Sequence record: LC494302.1
Length of the DNA stretch: 64,000 nucleotides
Strand: one strand, 5' to 3'
Part shown: one piece after another, positions 54,483 through 63,321 of the stretch
Layout of the letters: every line of letters starts with the position of its first letter
Numbering within the stretch: the stretch's first letter is position 1
Notes under the pieces: generated by a model
Told to the model about the DNA's origin: nothing
Databases searched by the model: none
What the model saw: the letters and a program-made list of their open reading frames with translations, nothing else
Translations under genes and position numbers: made by a program

Positions 54483-55070
54483 ATGTTTTTAAAAAATACT
54501 TATGAATTAATTAAAATGCTTCAAAATATGAATTCCGGTGGCTTGTTTCCCTATTACTCTGAGGATGAAACTCATCGTTTAGTCCTTAAATTGGATGAAA
54601 CTGGACGTATTATATCACTAAGAACAACAGTCCCCAGTGTAGAACCAGTAATTACCAAATCAACTCAAAATTCAGGAACTGCTGTTAAAACACCACAAAC
54701 ATACAACTCTAATTACCAACAACCACAAATGTACACGATTAGCACTCCACCTATTAAACGAGTTGCTTGTATTGTGAATATAAAAGTATCTAAGGACTAT
54801 CGCGACTTAATATCAGTTGAATGGTCAGAACTAACATCATCATTAGCAACAAATGGATTTGTAGTAACAAATACAGGTCTAGCACAAAATGTGAAAGAAG
54901 GACAACAGATCATGAGTGCATTGTATCTTAGTAATGGTTGTGTTATCATCAATGGTAAGTTGTATAGCGATGCCGACCCCACTGCATTCACTGAAGATTT
55001 GATTGGTGATAAAGAATACAGCATTCTTGAAATTATGAATTTGAAAAAGGTATATGAAAACCATGACTAG
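54483..55070 (+). CDS. hypothetical protein
   Basis: ATG 54483 after GGGGTG. Confidence 0.65.
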   Translation: MFLKNTYELIKMLQNMNSGGLFPYYSEDETHRLVLKLDETGRIISLRTTVPSVEPVITKSTQNSGTAVKTPQTYNSNYQQPQMYTISTPPIKRVACIVNIKVSKDYRDLISVEWSELTSSLATNGFVVTNTGLAQNVKEGQQIMSALYLSNGCVIINGKLYSDADPTAFTEDLIGDKEYSILEIMNLKKVYENHD

Positions 55071-55635
55071 ATTTCATCAAGATGATTTGCCATTTATACA
55101 AGAACTAGAAGAACTGGTGATAAGTATTATGGATGAAATTAGTACTTGGGATATAACAGTTTTTCGAAATGTATATGATAAAGTGGTGAATTTTAAAAAT
55201 GTTAATATTGAAGTAAAACATAATAATTTTTACTTAACAAAACAATTCATTCTAACTCGACCAGGATCAAAGCCAGTTAAACGTAATTTATCATTCGGAC
55301 ACCTGATTGGTGCAGAAAATGTACATGATGAATGGGTTGATTCAATCTATTCGTATACAAAAGAACTTATTCCTGATATTGAGAAAAAATATTATCTTAG
55401 TATCACATTAGATGAAAACGGTAATCTTAATGCATATTCAATAAATTCTTCTTCAAATGTTCCATTACATTCAGTGACGATTGGTGATAAAAAAATGCTA
55501 ATAAATTCTGAAACATGGTATAATAGAGAAAATTTCGCAGCAGAATCATTTCAGTACTCAGTATCTGAACCAAAGTCACCTTTTGATTTAGTGTTTGTTA
55601 ATAATATTATTTTACGTTTTGGTGTAGGAGTGTAA
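55054..55635 (+). CDS. hypothetical protein
   Basis: 193-aa ORF. Confidence 0.7.
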   Translation: MKTMTRFHQDDLPFIQELEELVISIMDEISTWDITVFRNVYDKVVNFKNVNIEVKHNNFYLTKQFILTRPGSKPVKRNLSFGHLIGAENVHDEWVDSIYSYTKELIPDIEKKYYLSITLDENGNLNAYSINSSSNVPLHSVTIGDKKMLINSETWYNRENFAAESFQYSVSEPKSPFDLVFVNNIILRFGVGV

Positions 55636-55638
55636 TTT

Positions 55639-55992
55639 ATGCTAATTTATTTAAGTGTTATTGTAATTTCATTACTGGTATCATTCGCTGTTCTTAAAAT
55701 TGTTGCTATTTGTAGAAGTAAGATTGATAGTTCTGAAACTAGTTCAGTACTTGACTTGATTATGGACCATCCTAAAATCTGTGGTATTATTGTATTATTC
55801 GTTGTACTGATTAATACATATATTGTCAGGGAACATTTATATAATATGTATGATTGTAGTGTGCGTTCTATTTCACAAGGTGTTGAAACAGACTATAGTT
55901 GGTACTATGAGAAATGTCGATTTAAAAACCAGCATGGTATTTGGGTTGATTTTGATAAACTACGTGGAACACCTTCAGGAGAAGAAGAATAA
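55639..55992 (+). CDS. hypothetical membrane protein
   Basis: Two hydrophobic segments; AGGAG SD. Confidence 0.7.
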   Translation: MLIYLSVIVISLLVSFAVLKIVAICRSKIDSSETSSVLDLIMDHPKICGIIVLFVVLINTYIVREHLYNMYDCSVRSISQGVETDYSWYYEKCRFKNQHGIWVDFDKLRGTPSGEEE

Positions 55993-55994
55993 TT

Positions 55995-56486
55995 ATGTTT
56001 GAATTCCCAGAAGAGTCATTTAACTTCATTGACCCTACTGATGATGGATACCGACATATTAACATTTATAGTAAAGCCAGAACGAAGTTAGGTAGAGATC
56101 TATCTAACTTTTCTTCGCATAGCTTCACACTTGAACCATATGGTTGGTTCCCTTCAGTTGAAACATTTTACTTTTGGTTTTTAACTGGGCAAAAACATGA
56201 TGACCTTAGAAAAGTATCTGGTGCAGCAGCAAAAGCAGCCGCTAACAAATATATGCATGATCGAATTGAAATGACGGATGATTGTATTTCTATTATTCAA
56301 GATGCTATTTGTGCTAAAATAATTCAAAATCCAGAGTTAGCCGAAAGATTAAGAAAAAGCAAGTTGCCTTTTTACCATTACTATGTATATGGTGGTAAAG
56401 TTGTAGATGTATCCGACGAACATGATTGGTTTGTTAAAACATTCGAATATATAAGAACTGTGTTAAAGGAAAACTATGATGGGTAA
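55995..56486 (+). CDS. NADAR-like (T4 gp30.3-related) protein
   Basis: LGRDLSNFSSHSF...FPSVETFYF and KIIQNPELAERL resemble the NADAR motifs LSNF, F.svEhy, Kf.qn..l...L. Confidence 0.55.
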   Translation: MFEFPEESFNFIDPTDDGYRHINIYSKARTKLGRDLSNFSSHSFTLEPYGWFPSVETFYFWFLTGQKHDDLRKVSGAAAKAAANKYMHDRIEMTDDCISIIQDAICAKIIQNPELAERLRKSKLPFYHYYVYGGKVVDVSDEHDWFVKTFEYIRTVLKENYDG

Positions 56487-56757
56487 ATGTTGGGTATGCT
56501 TCAAGGTGTTTGATGAAGAATATGAAATAATATTAGATGTATTGCCACAGCAGTACATGGTATGTAATGGAAAATACAAATTGGACACCTACCCGACCCC
56601 CAAGTACATGGGAATATGTCCTTTGTGTGATGCAAATGGCGTGTCCAATAGTGAGATTTCATTCACTAACCAAGCCACAACTAACTGTGTATCTGGGTAT
56701 ATAAGAGAGAATCGAGAATATTTTATTAGGAGATTATATGAACGACAAAATCTTTGA
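56476..56757 (+). CDS. hypothetical Cys-rich protein
   Basis: CWVC and CPLC motifs. Confidence 0.6.
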   Translation: MMGKCWVCFKVFDEEYEIILDVLPQQYMVCNGKYKLDTYPTPKYMGICPLCDANGVSNSEISFTNQATTNCVSGYIRENREYFIRRLYERQNL

Positions 56758-56968
56758 TACATATGACATCGATACTTTACTAACACCATCTGATAACAGT
56801 ACTGTTAAAATGGACATGTACTGGATTGTCGTTGATAAAAAAGTATTTAGACATAAAATTACTAAAGTTTGGCAATGTAATAAAAACAAATCTATTGTTG
56901 AAGGATTGGCACAATGCATTCCTAATGCAGAGGTTTTATTTTTACCATATGCATATACAAAGGAATAA
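56738..56968 (+). CDS. hypothetical protein
   Basis: 76 aa after AGGAG SD. Confidence 0.7.
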   Translation: MNDKIFDTYDIDTLLTPSDNSTVKMDMYWIVVDKKVFRHKITKVWQCNKNKSIVEGLAQCIPNAEVLFLPYAYTKE

Positions 56969-56969
56969 A

Positions 56970-57131
56970 ATGAAAAAAACTTGGAAAATATTCACAATAC
57001 CTGCTATAATGTTGTTATTGGCACTTTTCACACCGCAGAGTCATGTATTGTCTCTTAATATTGTGGAAATAATTCTTCTTGTAATTCACTGTGTCGTGTG
57101 TTATAATTATGTAAAAGGTGATAAAGAATGA
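56970..57131 (+). CDS. small membrane protein (53 aa)
   Basis: ATG 56970 after AAGGA (the track's longer start is unlikely); two hydrophobic stretches. Confidence 0.65.
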   Translation: MKKTWKIFTIPAIMLLLALFTPQSHVLSLNIVEIILLVIHCVVCYNYVKGDKE

Positions 57132-57550
57132 AGTTCTTTAAAATTCGAATTGGTGTAAGTTCTGGTTTATCTCATTGGGTATTTTATGATTTACCTGATA
57201 GTTATACTATTGATGATGTAATTGATTTATATACCGAAGATCAACAATGGGTGTTAGATACCGAAACACATAGAATTGATTGTCAAGAGATTAGTGAAGA
57301 AGATTACAAGCACGGAAAGCAAGCCATGAAGTATTTTGAAACAAATATCAAAATGCTGTCTGAAAACGTATTTCCTGTAAAAGAATGGGCAATTTTACTT
57401 GCTAATCCTAAAAAACCTGTTAGAATTGGTTATCCAAATTTTCATATGGTGTATCGTATGAATGATAAGCGAGAGCTTAACTATCAATACGATTACGATT
57501 CATCTAAGTTTGGAGTTCTTAAACAATTTTTAAAGGCTTATCCAGTATGA
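57128..57550 (+). CDS. hypothetical protein
   Basis: 140-aa ORF with ATGA overlap. Confidence 0.7.
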   Translation: MKFFKIRIGVSSGLSHWVFYDLPDSYTIDDVIDLYTEDQQWVLDTETHRIDCQEISEEDYKHGKQAMKYFETNIKMLSENVFPVKEWAILLANPKKPVRIGYPNFHMVYRMNDKRELNYQYDYDSSKFGVLKQFLKAYPV

Positions 57551-57882
57551 GTGAAGATAGTAAAGAGTATATTTTACGTTGTTCTTGTGGCGATAAAATG
57601 GAGCATTGCGTTCACATTGCACAATTTGACTTGACAGAGGAATATGGAGATGATAAACTTGGTCAATGTCTGATAAGTATGCGTTTAAATCCTTTTTTAA
57701 AATGGTATAACCGTGTATGGGTTGCAGTAAAGTATGTTTTTGGTGTAAACGACTATCAATATGTAGAAGCAACAATTGATGTTGACATTCTAAAAGAAGT
57801 TGTGTTACAATTAGAAGATACTAGAACTGATGAGGTTAAAAAAGAACAAAGAGAAAAACGTACTGATGTGAAGGTTTTATGA
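57547..57882 (+). CDS. hypothetical protein
   Basis: 111 aa with CSC...HCVH; ATGA overlap. Confidence 0.7.
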   Translation: MSEDSKEYILRCSCGDKMEHCVHIAQFDLTEEYGDDKLGQCLISMRLNPFLKWYNRVWVAVKYVFGVNDYQYVEATIDVDILKEVVLQLEDTRTDEVKKEQREKRTDVKVL

Positions 57883-58073
57883 GTACTGAACTTTATGAAA
57901 AAAAGTACTGTACAAATTGCTCAACTGAGTATACAATACAAGGTATGTTGATTTGTACAATATGTCAGTCAAAGAAATCAGCAACTTTCATCGTTGATGA
58001 TAGATTTGGTGATTTGAAACAGTTTAAAGCAAACCGCAATCTTCGTATTTTTAGCAATCTAAATAAGGAATAA
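57879..58073 (+). CDS. small zinc-ribbon protein
   Basis: CTNC...CTIC. Confidence 0.65.
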   Translation: MSTELYEKKYCTNCSTEYTIQGMLICTICQSKKSATFIVDDRFGDLKQFKANRNLRIFSNLNKE

Positions 58074-58076
58074 TAT

Positions 58077-58505
58077 ATGAATATCGAACAAACTATCCGT
58101 GAACATTCTTTCTTCGCTCCAGAAACTGGTCGTGTTATTGAGAGCGTCAAAATCGAAGAACTAATGGTCAATGTTAAATACAAAGAACCAAATGATGAGA
58201 TTAGCAGTACTTTTTGTGCTCTACGTGCACCATTCCGTAATGAAAAAGCTAAGAAACCAGCATATGTTCTTGCCATTGCACTGGGTTGTGTTGTAAAACT
58301 TGCAGTTGATGAAAATCTTCTGAATATTAAAGTTGCACCAAGCAATGACGATGAAAACATTGATTTGAACTTTGATGGTTCTCTTGATGAAGATGTATTT
58401 TTCCAACAGTCACTTGTTTACGACTTCCGTACAGTGACACATTCTCACATCAAGTTCATTAATGAAATGGTTGGGATTGTTGCTGAATACGAAGAATCTC
58501 TCTAA
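58077..58505 (+). CDS. hypothetical protein, EExxFQxS paralog family
   Basis: DEDVFFQQSLV motif near the C-terminus. Confidence 0.7.
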   Translation: MNIEQTIREHSFFAPETGRVIESVKIEELMVNVKYKEPNDEISSTFCALRAPFRNEKAKKPAYVLAIALGCVVKLAVDENLLNIKVAPSNDDENIDLNFDGSLDEDVFFQQSLVYDFRTVTHSHIKFINEMVGIVAEYEESL

Positions 58506-58513
58506 GTAAATAC

Positions 58514-58538
58514 AAAAGCCTCCATAATGGAGGCTTTT
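58514..58538. terminator. terminator hairpin
   Basis: AAAAGCCTCCA-TAA-TGGAGGCTTTT. Confidence 0.75.
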
Positions 58539-58558
58539 ATCACATAAGGAAATGAAAT

Positions 58559-59110
58559 ATGATAGACCAAATTAAAATCCTTACAAAGCAAATCACTGAT
58601 TTTCTTTCTGATAAAGATGGATTTAATACAGAAGTAAAAATGCACGGTGTTAGTGTTGATGTAATTGCACCAAATGGTAATGTAACAAGTTACGACATGT
58701 ATGAATTACTTCTTTATACTCTAGCAGTACGTAAACTAGGTAGTGATATTGAACTCAATATCAATACTGATGAAAGTGGGAATAAAATTTTTGCAATCAA
58801 CACCAGTGCTAAATTCGATATCAGTACTGAAATTAAAAAAATAAATGAAAGTTTTATTGGCTTTAAGCATGAATCAATTCAAAGTGTTTTTATTGGAAAG
58901 CAAACTTCTAATAGTGAATGCCCATATTGTGTAATGACTTTATATAAAGATGGAAACTGGATGCGTCAAGATTTAGTATTTGCTGAACTTCTGTATGCAT
59001 TTACACATGAACTTAAAATCGAATTGGACGATAGTGTTTATTGCTTTAAGAAAATTCGAAATATAACTAAAGATATACAAACCCAACTTAAAGAATTAAA
59101 TGATAAATAA
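58559..59110 (+). CDS. hypothetical protein
   Basis: 183 aa after AAGGA SD. Confidence 0.7.
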   Translation: MIDQIKILTKQITDFLSDKDGFNTEVKMHGVSVDVIAPNGNVTSYDMYELLLYTLAVRKLGSDIELNINTDESGNKIFAINTSAKFDISTEIKKINESFIGFKHESIQSVFIGKQTSNSECPYCVMTLYKDGNWMRQDLVFAELLYAFTHELKIELDDSVYCFKKIRNITKDIQTQLKELNDK

Positions 59111-59225
59111 ATATACCAGAAATGGTTAACATATCATGTTACTTTCCTCCCTTACATAATAATGATGCGTTATTATATTTTCATTTTGTTCTTATTCCCC
59201 TTTTGGTACAAAATCATTTTAGTAC

Positions 59226-59249
59226 TGCCCCGATCTTCGGGGCATTTTT
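59226..59249 (+). terminator. rho-independent terminator
   Basis: TGCCCCGA-TCT-TCGGGGCA then TTTTT. Confidence 0.75.
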
Positions 59250-59270
59250 CTTATCTAAAATTGAGGATAT

Positions 59271-59666
59271 ATGAAGAACAATATTGGAACTTCAATAATT
59301 AAACCACTTTCTTATTACCTTGAAAAATTTAGAAGCACAAATGGTAATAAATTTAATAATATATTTCAGTTCTCTCATAAAGAATATATTACAATTGATC
59401 ATTTTTCAAAGAAACTAATGTATGTAAATGATAATAGTCATATTATTAAATTATCATTCGATATTGAGTTAGATAAATTAACATTTACTGAATACATTAA
59501 TCAAAAAACTTCTTTTTTATGTCAATACAATAGGAAAGTATATAGTAATATTTCTATGTATCTAAATGATGAATATCACTTTCAACAATCTACAATAGAA
59601 GAAGTATTGTTCAGTACTGAAGAATTAAAAGAACTATATTACTGGTATAATTATTTCACATCTTGA
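59271..59666 (+). CDS. hypothetical protein, EExxFQxS paralog family
   Basis: DEYHFQQSTI; GAGG SD. Confidence 0.7.
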   Translation: MKNNIGTSIIKPLSYYLEKFRSTNGNKFNNIFQFSHKEYITIDHFSKKLMYVNDNSHIIKLSFDIELDKLTFTEYINQKTSFLCQYNRKVYSNISMYLNDEYHFQQSTIEEVLFSTEELKELYYWYNYFTS

Positions 59667-59691
59667 CATTATTGTGGGTTTATCCTACAAT
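59663..59691 (+). promoter_or_regulatory. sigma70 (early) promoter
   Basis: TTGACA-N17-TACAAT. Confidence 0.75.
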
Positions 59692-59721
59692 ACATGATGA
59701 TGCTGCATTGAGGATAAATTT

Positions 59722-60132
59722 ATGAGTTTAGATTTACACAATGAACTAAAATATTTTTTAGATTTGGATATATCAGAATTGAACCACCACGTCAATCATA
59801 TGACTAGTACTGTATGGTGGTCTAATGAACAAGACGACCCAATTATCCAACTAAGTGATGAATCGTCAATTATGCGATTTTATAAGATTAATTATAAAAA
59901 GAACATCAAGATCACATATGTACCATACAAAAACATACTACTAGTCGAAACACTTAATCCAAGTTCTTTATTAAAAATCACCGATTTAGATACATTACAA
60001 ACAAGTGAATCTTTATTCCAACGTTCATTAGTTGATGATCTTGGTGGTATTACTTTTGAAGATATATTACAATTGAAGAATATGTATAGTGAATTGTTGG
60101 AGATTAAAAACACTTTAGTAATGGGGAATTGA
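59722..60132 (+). CDS. hypothetical protein, EExxFQxS paralog family
   Basis: SESLFQRSLV. Confidence 0.7.
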   Translation: MSLDLHNELKYFLDLDISELNHHVNHMTSTVWWSNEQDDPIIQLSDESSIMRFYKINYKKNIKITYVPYKNILLVETLNPSSLLKITDLDTLQTSESLFQRSLVDDLGGITFEDILQLKNMYSELLEIKNTLVMGN

Positions 60133-60133
60133 T

Positions 60134-60538
60134 ATGGTAAGTTTACTAGATATTGATAATACCAGTTTAGTGCTGGTGAAAAAAGGTTTAATTCCAAATT
60201 CTAAAAAAATTGATTATGCTGTTATTGAAACAAATATTGGAAATATCTGGTACGACTCTGAAAGGGATATTGTGTTTAGCTGTGTAGACAGTGATCGTTC
60301 TGAATGTTGTAGAGTCGGTCATGACGGACAATTTGTTTTTGAATTTCGTTATTGGAAGGACGCAAAATTTCACCAAGAACTGGTTGCTTTGTCAAATGAA
60401 CTATATACAGAAGAATCGTTCTTCATGGCTAGTACTATTAATGATTTTGGTTCAGTTACATTTGAGTACTATAAAAAAATATACGCACTATCCAGAGAAG
60501 TTATGAAAATTATCAGAACTGCTGAAGGTAAAGAATAA
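60134..60538 (+). CDS. hypothetical protein, EExxFQxS paralog family
   Basis: TEESFFMASTI. Confidence 0.7.
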   Translation: MVSLLDIDNTSLVLVKKGLIPNSKKIDYAVIETNIGNIWYDSERDIVFSCVDSDRSECCRVGHDGQFVFEFRYWKDAKFHQELVALSNELYTEESFFMASTINDFGSVTFEYYKKIYALSREVMKIIRTAEGKE

Positions 60539-60539
60539 C

Positions 60540-60917
60540 ATGACTACTATATATGATATTTTGGGTGTTCTGAGTAGAAATATAGATGATGATTTTGTTA
60601 TTGTTCAAGATACTAGAAATACATTTCAACTACCAATAGGTTCACCAGATAGGTTAATTTTTAATAGATACTCAAATGAACTAACTTACATCCATGATGG
60701 AATTGCAATTGTATCAGTTTCTATAAACGACTATACAATACGATATGTATATGACTTCAACGATTATTGTACAAGAATCCACAGTATTGATATTTCCGAA
60801 GAGGAACTATTCCAATTGTCATTGATTGAGAAAAATGTAATAGGAATTACAGAAATTGGTATTATTAAAAAAGCATTAAACTATACAAATATAAGAATTA
60901 ATGGTGGGTGCAGATGA
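60540..60917 (+). CDS. hypothetical protein, EExxFQxS paralog family
   Basis: SEEELFQLSLI. Confidence 0.7.
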   Translation: MTTIYDILGVLSRNIDDDFVIVQDTRNTFQLPIGSPDRLIFNRYSNELTYIHDGIAIVSVSINDYTIRYVYDFNDYCTRIHSIDISEEELFQLSLIEKNVIGITEIGIIKKALNYTNIRINGGCR

Positions 60918-61369
60918 ATGTTGACGAAATAAAAAATCATTTTGAAATTGCAATGTCATGTGAATTTGACACACAACGTGTTCATGACCCGAAAGAACAT
61001 ATACGCATTTGTTGTGAATTGTCAGATGATTGTAATATTTTTATTGGAAAAACCTATGACATGATCGATCTTTCATGTATAGATCCATTGGAAAGAAAAA
61101 CAAAATATTTATATCTGTACAACACAACATCAGATACGATTGCAATACAACTAATATCAACCACAACATCCCAAAGTTATTATAACATAACTGAGGTTAG
61201 TAGTTTAACGTTAACCGAAGAAGGATTCTTTCAACAATCGCTTATTCGTGAAATTGGTGTTAGTTATGATGAGTTAAATGTATTAGTAGATTGTTTCGAA
61301 AAATTGAGTACTTTTGTATTATCCCTTTTTAATATACAGTCGCAAAATCCAATGGTGGTGAAATGCTAA
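60908..61369 (+). CDS. hypothetical protein, EExxFQxS paralog family
   Basis: TEEGFFQQSLI; the start is probably ATG 60914. Confidence 0.7.
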   Translation: MQMNVDEIKNHFEIAMSCEFDTQRVHDPKEHIRICCELSDDCNIFIGKTYDMIDLSCIDPLERKTKYLYLYNTTSDTIAIQLISTTTSQSYYNITEVSSLTLTEEGFFQQSLIREIGVSYDELNVLVDCFEKLSTFVLSLFNIQSQNPMVVKC

Positions 61370-61803
61370 ATCCAAGTAAATTTCTCCACTTACTTTCGAT
61401 AACATCAATACCGGATCTTACCAGTGAAACTAATGAATATCGTGAAGCTGGGGTGGTGTCTATGGAACTCGATACATTTGACCACAAATGCTATGTGACA
61501 TATGACCCACCCCGTTATGGTAAAGAACATTCTTCTTTTATTTTTGTATTCGTATACACTGTATATGATAATACAACACTTGATGATGTTTGTATTGACA
61601 CTTACGAAATTTGTGATAATATCATAACTGATGACAACAATAATTCATTTGATATGTCACTATATAACACAGAAGAATCGTTGTTTCAACTTAGTACTGT
61701 TATTGATGCACCATCATTAGAAGATATAAAACAATTTCAAGAACATCTTGACGCAGTTCGTGAGATGTTCTATAATCATTATCCAGAAGTAGAGTTCAAT
61801 TAA
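61363..61803 (+). CDS. hypothetical protein, EExxFQxS paralog family
   Basis: TEESLFQLSTV. Confidence 0.7.
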   Translation: MLNPSKFLHLLSITSIPDLTSETNEYREAGVVSMELDTFDHKCYVTYDPPRYGKEHSSFIFVFVYTVYDNTTLDDVCIDTYEICDNIITDDNNNSFDMSLYNTEESLFQLSTVIDAPSLEDIKQFQEHLDAVREMFYNHYPEVEFN

Positions 61804-61817
61804 CTAAAGGTAATAAG

Positions 61818-62078
61818 ATGACTAAAGTAGTTCGTAAACGCCACATGATGAACATGGATGAATTTCGCACATTTGACAAATATCGTACTATGTTTCGTAT
61901 GCTTTCACAGGGCCGTCCAATCGTCATTGTAACAGAGAATTACATGTCACCTGAGATTATGTTTGGTAATTATGAAAAGGTCTTCATGATGTACGTGAAG
62001 CGTGGATTACTTACAATCAAGACATTAGCTGAAGCAACTGATGAAGATATGGATGGTGATAATACCTTTACCATGTGA
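61818..62078 (+). CDS. hypothetical protein
   Basis: 86-aa ORF after AAGG. Confidence 0.7.
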   Translation: MTKVVRKRHMMNMDEFRTFDKYRTMFRMLSQGRPIVIVTENYMSPEIMFGNYEKVFMMYVKRGLLTIKTLAEATDEDMDGDNTFTM

Positions 62079-62086
62079 GGAAATAT

Positions 62087-62164
62087 ATGTCTGAAAAGCC
62101 AAAAGAACCATTAGATCGTGATGATGATTTTTATGACGAACGATATGGAGATGATGATGAGTGA
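62087..62164 (+). CDS. 25-aa acidic peptide (not in the ORF track)
   Basis: GAGGA SD, MSEKPKEPLDRDDDFYDERYGDDDE*, fills the gap exactly. Confidence 0.5.
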   Translation: MSEKPKEPLDRDDDFYDERYGDDDE

Positions 62165-62408
62165 ACATAGTGCTGTGCTTAAAAAGATTTTAAAGGAACT
62201 TGATGGTGAGTTTAATGTCACAGAAGAAGAATATCAGCATTGGAAGAAAGGTTTTGAACAACTAACCGAGTATGATAAAGTGTTCAATATGATTGGCGTA
62301 ATTAGCCAGTACTTACTCGGTGGAGGACGTGCAAGTGCTTCAATTCTGGCATCTGCAATCATCTGTACATCACGATGGTGTGATGAAAAAAGTTTGGAAG
62401 ATTTCTAA
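62151..62408 (+). CDS. hypothetical protein
   Basis: GGAG at 62147-62150; the start is one of ATG 62151/62154/62157. Confidence 0.6.
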   Translation: MMMSEHSAVLKKILKELDGEFNVTEEEYQHWKKGFEQLTEYDKVFNMIGVISQYLLGGGRASASILASAIICTSRWCDEKSLEDF

Positions 62409-62423
62409 ATAAGATGCTATAAT
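62396..62423 (+). promoter_or_regulatory. possible class II promoter GGAAGA-N16-TATAAT
   Basis: TGC-TATAAT 62418-62423; degenerate -35 box. Confidence 0.4.
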
Positions 62424-62460
62424 ATATTATAGTACCTTAACAATATAAAAAGGATTTTAT

Positions 62461-63321
62461 ATGAAACCTATCCGAGTACTTTCTCTTTTTAATGGAATGA
62501 GTGTGGGATATATGGCATTGCAAGATGCTGGTATCCCAGTTGAAAAATATTATTCATCCGAAATTGATAAGTACGCAATAGCTGAATCTCAATCTAACTT
62601 TCCTGATATTATCCAATTGGGTGATGTAACTAAGTGGAGAGAATGGGATATTGAGTGGGACAAAATAGATTTATTAATGGGTGGTTTCCCATGCCAAGCC
62701 TGGTCAGTTGCAGGTAAACAGGGTGGTTTAAATGATATACGTGGGCAGTTATTTTTAGTAATGGTTGAAATTTTTGATCATATCAAAAGTCTCAATCCTA
62801 ACTTGAAATTTCTGTTTGAAAATGTTAAAATGAAGGAAGATTTCAAAGAATACATTAATAGTATTTTAGGAATCACGCCAGTACTGATAAACTCCCAGCA
62901 TTATACGCCTCACTTCAGGCAGAGATATTACTGGTACAGTACTGATAAGCTTTTCATACCACCTGCATTATCCAATGCACCTAAACTTCAAGATATTATT
63001 GAAGATGGTTGGTACACTGACAGAACCGCTTCGTACTGTATAGATGCTAACTATTTTAAAGGTGGTGATTGTAACCAGTACTTTAATAAATCCAGACGAC
63101 AATTGGTGTTTCGTGACCCAGTGATCAGTCGTCAATATCTATTAGAGAATGGCAAAAGAAATATTGACTATAGACACTTAAGTGTAGTAGAATGTTGTAA
63201 ATTACAGGGTGTTCCTGAAGATTTCTTTAAAGTGTCTAGTAAGACACAAGCATACAAAATGCTTGGGAATGGATGGACTATGCCAGTTATATCACATTTA
63301 CTAAGAGAGATATTCTTTTGA
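62461..63321 (+). CDS. orphan C5-cytosine DNA methyltransferase
   Basis: Motif I LFNG, IV GGFPCQ, VI FENV, VIII RQRYYW, X GNGW; no adjacent endonuclease. Confidence 0.9.
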   Translation: MKPIRVLSLFNGMSVGYMALQDAGIPVEKYYSSEIDKYAIAESQSNFPDIIQLGDVTKWREWDIEWDKIDLLMGGFPCQAWSVAGKQGGLNDIRGQLFLVMVEIFDHIKSLNPNLKFLFENVKMKEDFKEYINSILGITPVLINSQHYTPHFRQRYYWYSTDKLFIPPALSNAPKLQDIIEDGWYTDRTASYCIDANYFKGGDCNQYFNKSRRQLVFRDPVISRQYLLENGKRNIDYRHLSVVECCKLQGVPEDFFKVSSKTQAYKMLGNGWTMPVISHLLREIFF

